Of a DNA stretch of 32,000 bases, positions 1-7,618 are shown piece by piece. How positions within the stretch are numbered: position 1 is the stretch's first letter; each line of letters starts with the position of its first letter. Position numbers and translations under genes: made by a program. This DNA comes from Candidatus Saccharimonadota bacterium (GTDB taxonomy: Bacteria; Patescibacteriota; Gracilibacteria; UBA4473), in the NCBI GenBank assembly GCA_020632335.1, contig JACKFV010000001.1, positions 240,001 through 272,000 on the forward strand, read 5' to 3'. The notes under the pieces are model-generated. The model was not told where the DNA came from, did no database searches, and saw nothing but the letters and a program-made list of their open reading frames with translations.

Positions 1-90
1 TCGGCCTTCCGTGAGCGGCTCATCCGGGTGGAGTCTCGCGCGGAGCTGGAGGCGATATTTGCGGAGATAGAGGAAGCAGCCAAGCACTAA
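1..90 (+). CDS. 3' end of an unidentified protein gene (5' part outside window)
   Basis: Frame 1 is open from the window edge (SAFRERLIRVESRAELEAIFAEIEEAAKH) to TAA at 88-90. Codon style is GC-rich like the neighbours. A hairpin follows at 108-133. No family recognised. Confidence 0.4.
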   Translation, partial: SAFRERLIRVESRAELEAIFAEIEEAAKH

Positions 91-101
91 AAAGAGAGAC
101 C

Positions 102-133
102 AAAAAACCTGTAATTTCTCTCAAAATTACAGG
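102..133 (-). terminator. Intrinsic-terminator-like hairpin (possibly bidirectional)
   Basis: Perfect 10-bp stem CCTGTAATTT (108-117) / AAATTACAGG (124-133) with a 6-nt loop. On the minus strand it is followed directly by TTTTTT (107-102). On the plus strand it lies 18 nt after the TAA at 88-90 but has no downstream T-run. Confidence 0.5.
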
Positions 134-179
134 TATTAACCTTAGTCAAGAAAATGATCACTTTGATACTCTATGGTAT

Positions 180-311
180 CTAGTGACGTTCACCATTTTC
201 ATTTACTTTTGCATCTGTTCGATGCAGATCGTTGCCGGCGGTATCAGGATAGATACAATTTTCTATTCTTGGACCGGCTGGTAAATAGTCTGGATTTTGA
301 AAATTTTTCAT
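180..311 (-). CDS. Hypothetical 43-aa small ORF in AT-rich island
   Basis: ATG (complement of 309-311) to TAG (complement of 180-182): MKNFQNPDYLPAGPRIENCIYPDTAGNDLHRTDAKVNENGERH. It is below the ORF-track cutoff. The minus-strand terminator 133-102 lies about 46 nt downstream, and TAAATT sits 7 nt upstream of the ATG. No homology recognised; it may be chance in AT-rich DNA. Confidence 0.2.
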   Translation of the reverse strand: MKNFQNPDYLPAGPRIENCIYPDTAGNDLHRTDAKVNENGERH

Positions 312-398
312 GATTTAGAATTTAATGTGTTTAAAAAAATTAATGTTTGGTGTCGACTCCAAATGGTTCTTTCCTTAACTGTATGTAAAAGATGTCAG

Positions 399-454
399 CT
401 AAGGATTCTCATAGAAAGGAAATAGAGAAACTGCCTCCCTGTGGGAATCCTTAG
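399..454. repeat. Perfect 10-bp inverted repeat (stem-loop)
   Basis: CTAAGGATTC (399-408) and GAATCCTTAG (445-454) are exact reverse complements with a 36-nt spacer. A third partial copy, GAAGATTC, lies at 475-482. Confidence 0.6.
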
Positions 455-521
455 AACTGAACACTTCTGACTCTGAAGATTCTGGGGCTGGTGTCAAGAA
501 AAAAAGCAGAAAAACTCCCCC

Positions 522-549
522 TTGCCAATGCGCCGCAGCCAAGCATACT
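522..549 (+). promoter_or_regulatory. Sigma70-like promoter, leaderless configuration, for the DUF2797-like gene
   Basis: TTGCCA (522-527) - 16 nt - CATACT (544-549) - 6 nt - ATG 556. Confidence 0.5.
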
Positions 550-555
550 GCGTGC

Positions 556-1461
556 ATGAATCTTCAGCTCTTTGCCTACCGGTGGCACGACGATGCCGTA
601 ACGGAGCTCCAGGCCATAGCTGACGGGCGGTACTATGGCACGCGGCCGGTGCGACTGGGGGAGACTATGAGCATCACCAGAGTCAGTGAGAAGCACTGCG
701 CGGGCTACCGCCGGGAGGGCGTGTGGCACCCCTGCACCAGTGGCAGCCCCGCGGGCAAGGCCCAGTGTGATAGCTGCGGTGCCAAGGAGGGCAGTTTTGT
801 CTTCACGGTGTTTGACGGGTTTGACCAGAGCGCGCTCACGGCTGAGGACCTCCAGCGGCTGCAGCACCCCACACAGGTGTACCTAGCGCTCTTTGACCGG
901 GAGATCATCAAGGTGGGAGTGACCGCCAGCCACCGGGGCGACCGTCGGCAGTGGGAGCAGGGCAGCAGCTACACGGCCTATATAGCCGACGTGCCCGACG
1001 GCATCACCGCACGGCAGATAGAGACGCTGGTACGGCGGCTAGGGGTGGCGGATAAAGTCCCTGCGTCGAAGAAGCACTCGCTGGTGCTACCACCGGTAGA
1101 CGCGGCTGAGGCCACAGTGCTCCTCCAGCAGCTCTATGAGCGGATACAGACAGAGGCCTTCACCGAGCACCCCCACCTCCAGAGCTTCCTCAGCCCCACG
1201 CTCACGGTGCAGGACTGGGGAGAAGTCTATGGTACCGCGGCGCTCGGCATCAGCCCTGCGGCCGTACAGCACTTGGAGCTGCAGGTAGGCGAGGGCATCA
1301 GCGGTACGGTGCGCGCGATGAAGGGCGTGCACCTGCTGCTGGAGGCCGGCGACGAGTGGCACAGCCTCTGTATGAAGGACCTCTACGGCTGCGGGGTAGA
1401 CTGCGCGGAGCGCGCCACGGGCACCCACCTGCAGACCGCCACGCAGAAGAGCCTCTTCTAG
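556..1461 (+). CDS. Cys-rich hypothetical protein, DUF2797-like
   Basis: 301-aa ORF with GC-rich codon style. The N-terminus has a Cys cluster (HCAGY..HPC..CDSCG). It is followed by VYLALFDREIIKVGVT..RGDRRQWEQG, which I recognise as DUF2797-like with a GIY-YIG/T5orf172-style core. The family call is from memory, not a search. The stop TAG 1459-1461 overlaps the infB stop. Confidence 0.7.
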   Translation: MNLQLFAYRWHDDAVTELQAIADGRYYGTRPVRLGETMSITRVSEKHCAGYRREGVWHPCTSGSPAGKAQCDSCGAKEGSFVFTVFDGFDQSALTAEDLQRLQHPTQVYLALFDREIIKVGVTASHRGDRRQWEQGSSYTAYIADVPDGITARQIETLVRRLGVADKVPASKKHSLVLPPVDAAEATVLLQQLYERIQTEAFTEHPHLQSFLSPTLTVQDWGEVYGTAALGISPAAVQHLELQVGEGISGTVRAMKGVHLLLEAGDEWHSLCMKDLYGCGVDCAERATGTHLQTATQKSLF

Positions 1462-3581
1462 CGGGGTTCGCGGTAGATCTCCAGCGTCATCCCCGGGGCG
1501 AACTCGAGGTTCTTGTGCGCGACTTTCATCCCGCATTCCACCCCGGCGTTAGCCTCGCTGACGACCTTCTGCCCCAGCTGCACGCTGCCTACATCCGCCC
1601 GGCCATAGGCCATGAGCCCGTCTTCGCGCTCGCTGGTCTCGCCGTCCTCGGCCTTGCGGAGGATACGCAGCTGCGCCTTGGCCTTCAGCACGCCCACGGT
1701 CACCTCACCACCCAGTACCGCCATGCGCTTATTAGACGCAAACACGGCCTTGATGACAAACTGCCCGAGGATCTCCTCGCCCACTTCTTCCTTCTCGCGC
1801 CCTTCCAAGATGTCCTGAATATGCTCCTGCAGCTGATAAATCACCTCAGACGTGAAGACGCTCACGCCCTGTTGTTCGGCGGTTTTTTTGATCCTTCCGG
1901 GTAGCTCCACACTGAAGCCAATCAGCAGCGCCTGCCCCGCAGAGGCCAGCATCACGTCTGACTCAGTGAAGTCGCCAATGCCCTTGTGCACCACCTTTAC
2001 CATGGCTTTCTCGGTCTTGATCTTCTCCAGCTCGCTCACCACCGCCTCCAGCGTGCCGTGGCTCTCGGCCTTAACGATGAGCTTGAGCGTCTGCATCTGC
2101 CCCTCCAGGAGCCGCTGCCGCAGCTGCGCAAGGCTGAAATTCCGCTGCTTCGCGAGCGTATCCTCGTGCCGCAGACTGGCTACTTCCTCGGCTTTCTTCC
2201 GGGCGTGCTTGACGTCCTGCATCACCTGGAGGAGATCCCCCACACTGGGGATCTGGCTGAGGCCGGCTATCTGCACCGCAGTGGAAGGTGGCGCGGTTTT
2301 GAGCTCCGCTCCGGTGTAGTCGGTCATCTTACGGATGCGGCCTGACTGGTCATGAATGACGAAATCGTCGCCCAGGTGCAGCGTGCCGGTATTGACCAAT
2401 ACAGTGGCGGTGATACCCGTACGCTTGTCTTGTGTGGATTCGATGACAGTGGCAATGGCCCGGCGCGCGGGGTTGGCCTGGATTTCTTGCATATCGGCCA
2501 CCAGCAGTATCTGCTCCAGCAGGCTGGGTATCCCCTGCCCTGTCTTGGCGCTCAGCGGTACACAGGGCACGTCGCCGCCCCAGTCGTCTGGGTTGACGCC
2601 GTTCTCGGCCAGCTGGCCCTTGACCATATCGGCATTAGCGCCTGGCATGTCCATCTTGTTGATGGCTACCAGCAAGGGCACCTCAGCGTCGTGTATGTGG
2701 TGGATCGCCTCCAGAGACTGGGGTTTGAGCCCCTCAGTAGCGGCTACCACCAGCACGGCGATGTCGGTTACTTTGGCTCCGCGGGCCCGCATAGCGGTGA
2801 AGGCCTCATGCCCCGGGGTGTCGAGGAAGGTCACTTTGCGACCCTCCACCTCTACTTGATACGCCCCGATGCGCTGAGTGATGCCTCCCGCCTCCCCCTC
2901 CGCCACGTTGGTCTTACGAATGGAATCCAGCAGGGAGGTCTTGCCGTGGTCTACATGCCCCATGATGCAGATGACCGGTGGACGCGGGCGCAGGTTCTCC
3001 GGCTCTTCATCTGCTAGCAGCGCGGTGAGATCCCCACGGAAGAGGTCTTCTCCGCTGAGTTCGGCTGACTGGCGGGTCACCGCTACGCTGAATTCATCGG
3101 CCACCACCGCCATGGTCTCGTAGTCGATGTCTTGCTTGATATTGGCAATGATGCCGTTTTGCTTGAGCTTGATCAGCACTAGTGGCAGGGGCCTACTGAT
3201 CTTCTGCGCGAATTCTCGCACGCTCAGCATGTCGGGGAGGATCACCCGCCCATCACGGGTGGTGGCCTGCTGCACCACTGCTTCCTCGGGTTTATCCTTC
3301 TCGCGCTTGCGCTGCTCGTCCTTTTTCTTCTGGATCTTCTTGCGGTTCCCCACAGTCTGCGCGGCCTGCTGCTCTATCACCTCCCGCTCAGCAATGTCCT
3401 CATACTCGTGCTCCACCTGGCTGAGCGTATTGCCCACCTCCAGCTCTTCTATCTGCTTGGCGATGTCATCGGGGATGAGGTCATCATCGGGGATGTCAAA
3501 GTCGAGATCCATGGCGTGGAGTACCACGGCTTCTTCGGCGATTTCGAGTTTTTTGGCGAGGTCGGTGACCGAAACAGGCAT
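1458..3581 (-). CDS. infB: Translation initiation factor IF-2
   Basis: GTPase motifs GHVDHGKTSLLD, DTPGHEAF, NKMD and SAKTG, with the full IF-2 C-terminal domains. The ORF-track start at 3587 is TTG; the first ATG is at 3581 (MPVSVTDLAKK). Confidence 0.96.
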   Translation of the reverse strand: MPVSVTDLAKKLEIAEEAVVLHAMDLDFDIPDDDLIPDDIAKQIEELEVGNTLSQVEHEYEDIAEREVIEQQAAQTVGNRKKIQKKKDEQRKREKDKPEEAVVQQATTRDGRVILPDMLSVREFAQKISRPLPLVLIKLKQNGIIANIKQDIDYETMAVVADEFSVAVTRQSAELSGEDLFRGDLTALLADEEPENLRPRPPVICIMGHVDHGKTSLLDSIRKTNVAEGEAGGITQRIGAYQVEVEGRKVTFLDTPGHEAFTAMRARGAKVTDIAVLVVAATEGLKPQSLEAIHHIHDAEVPLLVAINKMDMPGANADMVKGQLAENGVNPDDWGGDVPCVPLSAKTGQGIPSLLEQILLVADMQEIQANPARRAIATVIESTQDKRTGITATVLVNTGTLHLGDDFVIHDQSGRIRKMTDYTGAELKTAPPSTAVQIAGLSQIPSVGDLLQVMQDVKHARKKAEEVASLRHEDTLAKQRNFSLAQLRQRLLEGQMQTLKLIVKAESHGTLEAVVSELEKIKTEKAMVKVVHKGIGDFTESDVMLASAGQALLIGFSVELPGRIKKTAEQQGVSVFTSEVIYQLQEHIQDILEGREKEEVGEEILGQFVIKAVFASNKRMAVLGGEVTVGVLKAKAQLRILRKAEDGETSEREDGLMAYGRADVGSVQLGQKVVSEANAGVECGMKVAHKNLEFAPGMTLEIYREPR

Positions 3582-3607
3582 GAGCAAAGAGGGGGTATAG
3601 GCTCCAG

Positions 3608-3613
3608 AGTATA
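3608..3613 (-). promoter_or_regulatory. Candidate -10 box for infB
   Basis: Minus-strand TATACT lies 26 nt upstream of ATG 3581. The -35 is weak (TTTTGC/TTGCGT within a T-run). The leader has no Shine-Dalgarno. Confidence 0.3.
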
Positions 3614-3690
3614 CGGAAGTCCTGAAAACGCAAAAAAAAGAGTGAAGCCTGCGTAAGAGAGGTATAGAGGAGTGTAGGGGGTCACTCTTT

Positions 3691-3879
3691 TTATTGTCGT
3701 TGCCAATCCTGTAGATTCGGATTCTTTAGGGCACCAGATTCTTGTAGCATTTTTTCAAATTTCTCCACACGTTTGTCGTAGTCCTTCGCAGTCTCTCTTT
3801 TTCCTCTACGAGGACGAGTATAGCATTTTCCATTGACAAAGAATCGCTGGATTTGTTGTATGAGTCCCATAATTATCAT
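3691..3879 (-). CDS. Hypothetical small basic protein (62 aa; up to 97 aa from GTG 3984) in AT-rich island
   Basis: ATG (complement 3877-3879) to TAA (complement 3691-3693): MIIMGLIQQIQRFFVNGKCYTRPRRGKRETAKDYDKRVEKFEKMLQESGALKNPNLQDWQRQ. Codon usage is AT-rich, unlike every neighbour. No family recognised. Confidence 0.25.
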   Translation of the reverse strand: MIIMGLIQQIQRFFVNGKCYTRPRRGKRETAKDYDKRVEKFEKMLQESGALKNPNLQDWQRQ

Positions 3880-3930
3880 TTTTGGTGAGGTAATAGATAT
3901 CTCTCTACACAGGCGGGCTGTGCAGTGCAT

Positions 3931-3956
3931 ATATCTACTACCTATATCTACTATCT
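3931..3956. repeat. Tandem 13-nt direct repeat x2
   Basis: ATATCTACTACCT (3931-3943) and ATATCTACTATCT (3944-3956) are 12/13 identical. They lie just upstream (minus sense) of the internal ATG at 3930 of the small ORF. Confidence 0.6.
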
Positions 3957-4078
3957 GCTCGTGGTCTCTTCTTGCAGGCTTCACCTATCAAAGAACCGTG
4001 AAGCACGCTCGTGCCATACGCTAAAGGGCGCCGGCGGTGCTTACGCTCTTCATTCTCTACCCGCGCAGCGCGGGGGTG

Positions 4079-4678
4079 TCAAGCAATATGCGCGTGCCGC
4101 TCCAGCTGGGCGAGCTCTGTGAGGAGGTCTGGGAGCGCCTCCAGCGGGGGGGGGCTGCTGCTGAGAAACCGAGGGAAGCTGCTGCTGAGGATACGCTGCA
4201 GGGTCTGCTCTGCCGCGGGCGAGAGAGGGAGCGAGGGGTCCAGGTGGCCGGTGAGGCTGAGTAAATGCACCCGCGCATAGAGCCGCAGTGCGGGGAGCGT
4301 GGCTGCCTCCGCGTGGGTGAAGAGGTGCTGGGTGAGGCCAAAGATCCGTGTAGAAACCCCCGCTGGTATCACCCGGTGGAGCGTCTGTAGCCACTGCAGG
4401 GCGTATTGCAGGGTCTGGTAGCTGCTCATCACCCCGGGGTAGAGCTGCACTGCCGTCCCCTCCTGCAGGGTGTAGTCGCCGCTGGGTTTCTCGGTGCAGG
4501 TGAGGGACAGCAACCGCAGGGTGTCTATCTCGGCGCGGCGCTGCTTACTCCGCTGGAATCCCCTCGCATGGCATAGCAGCTGCCCGTGCTCCGGCGTGAG
4601 GAAGTGCAGCAGGCTACTATCGTTACTCAGCGGCGTCTCGTGCAGGAGAAAGGCGGGCGTGGTGAGGGAGGTGCTCAT
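4079..4678 (-). CDS. recO: DNA repair protein RecO (short form, no zinc finger seen)
   Basis: The N-terminal OB-fold pattern PAFLLHETPLSNDSSLLHFLTPEHGQLLCHARGFQRSKQRR and the helical C-terminus (LRLYARVHLLSLTGHLD) resemble RecO. ATG 4678 was chosen because the ORF-track extension to 4849 overlaps ftsX. There is a 2-nt gap after the ftsX stop. Confidence 0.65.
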   Translation of the reverse strand: MSTSLTTPAFLLHETPLSNDSSLLHFLTPEHGQLLCHARGFQRSKQRRAEIDTLRLLSLTCTEKPSGDYTLQEGTAVQLYPGVMSSYQTLQYALQWLQTLHRVIPAGVSTRIFGLTQHLFTHAEAATLPALRLYARVHLLSLTGHLDPSLPLSPAAEQTLQRILSSSFPRFLSSSPPPLEALPDLLTELAQLERHAHIA

Positions 4679-4680
4679 GC

Positions 4681-5526
4681 CTACCACTGGAACTTCCCTC
4701 GTACGTAGGGCTGTAGCGCCACCCACGCCCCCACAATAGCCACCACCACCGCGCCCAGCAGCTGCCAGGGGAAGACCGTAGCCCACAGCACGCCAAAGAC
4801 ATTGGCCACGCCCGAGAGCTGGATGCGGGTGAGGAACCAGATAAAGCACGGGATAGCGATGAGGCAGCTCCCCACCGAGAGCAGCAGCGCCTCGCCATAG
4901 TAGGGCAGGGTGATGAAGGGGAGCCTGGCCCCCACCAGCCGCGCGATGTAGATCTCCTTCCGCCGGGTGAAGAGCGACATCCGGAAGGCATTGAGCATCA
5001 GCACCCCCCCGGCGATGATGAAGAGCACCACCGCCCCACGGCTGAGCTGCGTCACCACCCGCTGGAGAAAAAAGAGCCGCTCCACAATGCGCTGGAAGTC
5101 ATGCTGGAGCTCGGTATCCCACCCGTCTAGCACGGTGTCATAGCGTTCTTTCTCCAGCACCTGGAAGGCCGCGTCTACCTGGGTGAGGTCTCGGAAGATG
5201 AGCCGCAGGCGTGGCGGTAGCGTCACGTCATTATAGGTGGTGGCGCTCAGCTCCTCCGCGGTGATAGAAAGCCCCTGAAGGTCGTTGACCAGCGCAGCGG
5301 CGTTGAAGGGGTCATAGCTCTCCTGCAGCAGTACTATGAAATCAGCCCGCTGCTGCAACTGCTGCAGGTGGAGGTCTGTGAAGGCCTTGGTAGCAAAGAG
5401 GACGTTGAGGAGGAAGAGGATCACCGCGCCGATGAGCAGCGTGGAGAGACTCAGAAATCCATTACGCCACAGCTGCTGGGCCCCGATGCCGAGGGTGCGC
5501 GTAAGGGAATGCTGCAGTCGCTCCAT
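4681..5526 (-). CDS. ftsX: Cell-division permease FtsX-like
   Basis: N-terminal LWRNGFLSLSTLLIGAVILFLLN (TM1), a large extracytoplasmic domain, then RRKEIYIARLVGARLPFITLPYYGEALLL and three C-terminal TM helices, which is the FtsX pattern. ATG 5526 (MERLQ) has TATGCT 8 nt upstream. The track start at 5562 is TTG. Confidence 0.8.
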   Translation of the reverse strand: MERLQHSLTRTLGIGAQQLWRNGFLSLSTLLIGAVILFLLNVLFATKAFTDLHLQQLQQRADFIVLLQESYDPFNAAALVNDLQGLSITAEELSATTYNDVTLPPRLRLIFRDLTQVDAAFQVLEKERYDTVLDGWDTELQHDFQRIVERLFFLQRVVTQLSRGAVVLFIIAGGVLMLNAFRMSLFTRRKEIYIARLVGARLPFITLPYYGEALLLSVGSCLIAIPCFIWFLTRIQLSGVANVFGVLWATVFPWQLLGAVVVAIVGAWVALQPYVRGKFQW

Positions 5527-5569
5527 GTGGGGGGAGCATACCCATGCCCGAAAAAAGCACAAGCAAAGA

Positions 5570-5598
5570 TAGCCCCCAGCCCCGGGCGCTGCTATACT
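5570..5598 (+). promoter_or_regulatory. Candidate leaderless promoter for M16 peptidase
   Basis: TAGCCC (5570-5575, weak -35) - 17 nt - TATACT (5593-5598) - 6 nt - ATG 5605. Confidence 0.4.
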
Positions 5599-5604
5599 GG
5601 CGCT

Positions 5605-6867
5605 ATGCTAGTCAGTAGAACCCTCCAGAGCGGCCTGAGGCTCCAGTGCGTGCACCTGCCCGAGAGCAATGTGGTGACGGTGATGATCTTGGTAGGGGCT
5701 GGTAGCCGGTATGAGACGAAGGAAAACACGGGTATCAGCCACTTCCTCGAGCATATGTTCTTTAAGGGTGCGAAGCGCTACCCGACCCCTCAGGCGGTGG
5801 CGGAGGCGGTGGATAGCTTTGGCGGGGAGTTTAACGCCTTCACGGGGAAGGAGTACGCGGGGTATTTCATCACCTGTAGTGGGCGCAGCGTCGGCAAGGC
5901 AGTGGAGGTGCTCAGCGACATGCTGCTCCACAGCACTATGCAAACCCCTGAGGTAGAGCGGGAGCGCGGGGTCATCCTCCAAGAGATGGCCATGTACGAG
6001 GACGCGCCCATGTACCAGATCAGCTGGGACTTTGAACAGCTGCTGTATGGTGACCAGCCCCTGGGGTGGGACCAGATAGGCAGTAAGGCGGTAGTGGGTG
6101 GTATGACCCGTGAGCAGCTGCTGCACTACCGTGAGGCGCTCTATACCCCCGATAATATGGTGCTGTGCATTGCTGGGGGCACCCCGCCAGAGGAGGCCCT
6201 CTCACTGCTGGAGGAGTCCTTCCCACTCGAGCAGCGCCCGGCGACTCTACAGCCTACTCGCTATAACCCCGCGCTGAGCACCAAGAAACTCCTGCTCCGG
6301 CACAAGAAAACCGAGCAGTATCACCTGGCCTTTGGCGTGCGGGGCTACGCGGAGACTGACCCGCGCTACACCGCGCAGGAGGTGCTGAGCGTGATCCTCG
6401 GGGGGAATATGTCGTCACGGATGTTCCAGCGGATACGTGAGCAACGCAGCCTCTGCTACTCCATCCACACTCAGAGTGACGAATACACCGATACCTCGCT
6501 GCTGTGCACTACCGTGGGGGTGGCACCAGAGCGAGCCATGGAGGCCATAGCGGCCGTGCGCGATGAGTATGCCGCGGTGGTGGAGAGCGGCATCACCGCA
6601 GCGGAGCTCACCAAGGCGAGGAGCTACCTGCTGGGCACTCTCGACCTCAAGCGCGACCAGCCCTATAACAACGCGCACCGCTATAGCGCCTATATGCTGC
6701 TGTATGGCACGGTGCAGACCTGGGAGGACTACGCGGCCAAGATAGACGCGGTCACCCAGCAGGACGTGGAGGCCGTGGCGCGAGAGCTGCTCACCCCGGA
6801 GGCTTACCGTCTGGCGGGCATCGGGAAAGCGCTCGAAGAAGACGCGGTGGGGGCGCTGTTAGCATAG
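5605..6867 (+). CDS. M16 (insulinase/pitrilysin) family zinc peptidase
   Basis: Inverted zinc motif HxxEH in GISHFLEHMFFKG. The 420-aa length fits the two-lobed M16 layout. The upstream part of the 499-aa track ORF overlaps ftsX and was rejected. Confidence 0.9.
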   Translation: MLVSRTLQSGLRLQCVHLPESNVVTVMILVGAGSRYETKENTGISHFLEHMFFKGAKRYPTPQAVAEAVDSFGGEFNAFTGKEYAGYFITCSGRSVGKAVEVLSDMLLHSTMQTPEVERERGVILQEMAMYEDAPMYQISWDFEQLLYGDQPLGWDQIGSKAVVGGMTREQLLHYREALYTPDNMVLCIAGGTPPEEALSLLEESFPLEQRPATLQPTRYNPALSTKKLLLRHKKTEQYHLAFGVRGYAETDPRYTAQEVLSVILGGNMSSRMFQRIREQRSLCYSIHTQSDEYTDTSLLCTTVGVAPERAMEAIAAVRDEYAAVVESGITAAELTKARSYLLGTLDLKRDQPYNNAHRYSAYMLLYGTVQTWEDYAAKIDAVTQQDVEAVARELLTPEAYRLAGIGKALEEDAVGALLA

Positions 6868-7095
6868 AGCAGTCGCAGAATACTTGACGCGGTCTGAGAA
6901 ATTAGCAGGGTAGAGGGGCAACACTTCCTTCTCTTTCTTCGCATGGACTGTCTCTGGTCGATCACTCATTGGTAAGATGGAGCGTAGCGCTGTCTTCAAT
7001 GAGGCTCGCTAGAGTCCATGTACAGGAGGTGTTGCAACCATGCTACGCTCCGCTTTTGCGTGCGGAGGAGCATCGTTCTCTTCACCCCCATTCTT

Positions 7096-7596
7096 ATGGC
7101 ACCGCACTCACCCGTCTCGCTCCCCGGCTCTGAAGTCCTCACACAAGGGGAATCTATAGAGCATGACCAGTCGTTTCGCTCCTCCACCTTCACGTGGTAT
7201 GCTCGCTCTCGGCTGGTAACCACTACTAAACGGCTTATCAGTCACGCGCCTCATATCGCACTCGGGCTCCTCCCCACCGGCTCCACCACTAAGACAGTAC
7301 CGCTCCGTCAAGTAAGTGGGGTTCGGCTAGAGGTACGCTACCGGTTCTGGCGGATACTTATAGGTGTCACAGGTGGGTTACTCCTTTTTTTCACCGCTTC
7401 TGAGCCCAATATGGCCCCCGATGTCATCCTGGGCGCAGCGGTACTGTGCCTCCTCTGGGGGCTGACGGATATACAGACCCGGCTGGTGATAGCCTCTAGC
7501 GGAGAGCAAACGACGCTCCCGGTGGTCTTCTGGGAGAAGCGAAAAGCCCGTGCGATCATCGCGCGCATTAACGCTCAGCTGGCCGAGCGGGCGTAA
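7096..7596 (+). CDS. Hypothetical membrane protein (PH-like N-terminal part plus 2 TM helices)
   Basis: ORF in the 7018 frame. ATG 7096 (MAPHSPVSLPG) is preferred, but ATG 7018 is possible. Hydrophobic segments are ILIGVTGGLLLFF and ILGAAVLCLLWGL. No family firmly recognised. Confidence 0.55.
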   Translation: MAPHSPVSLPGSEVLTQGESIEHDQSFRSSTFTWYARSRLVTTTKRLISHAPHIALGLLPTGSTTKTVPLRQVSGVRLEVRYRFWRILIGVTGGLLLFFTASEPNMAPDVILGAAVLCLLWGLTDIQTRLVIASSGEQTTLPVVFWEKRKARAIIARINAQLAERA

Positions 7597-7618
7597 TTGC
7601 CGGGGGACCACGCAGATG

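Noticed and set aside
3635-3692. AAAAAGAGTGA / TCACTCTTTTT inverted repeat flanked by A- and T-runs, considered as a bidirectional terminator after the small ORF.
   Set aside because: The loop is 36 nt with little internal pairing, which is atypical for intrinsic terminators. It is kept only as a remark within the island-2 finding.
6868-7095. A 228-bp intergenic stretch, checked along with the other gaps (13026-13118, 18006-18106, 23759-24000, 25546-25655) for tRNA, tmRNA, RNase P, SRP or 6S-like RNAs.
   Set aside because: I could find no T-loop (GTTCGAATC-like) with a matching acceptor stem, no RNase P or tmRNA conserved boxes and no extended helices. A covariance-model scan would be needed to exclude small ncRNAs.
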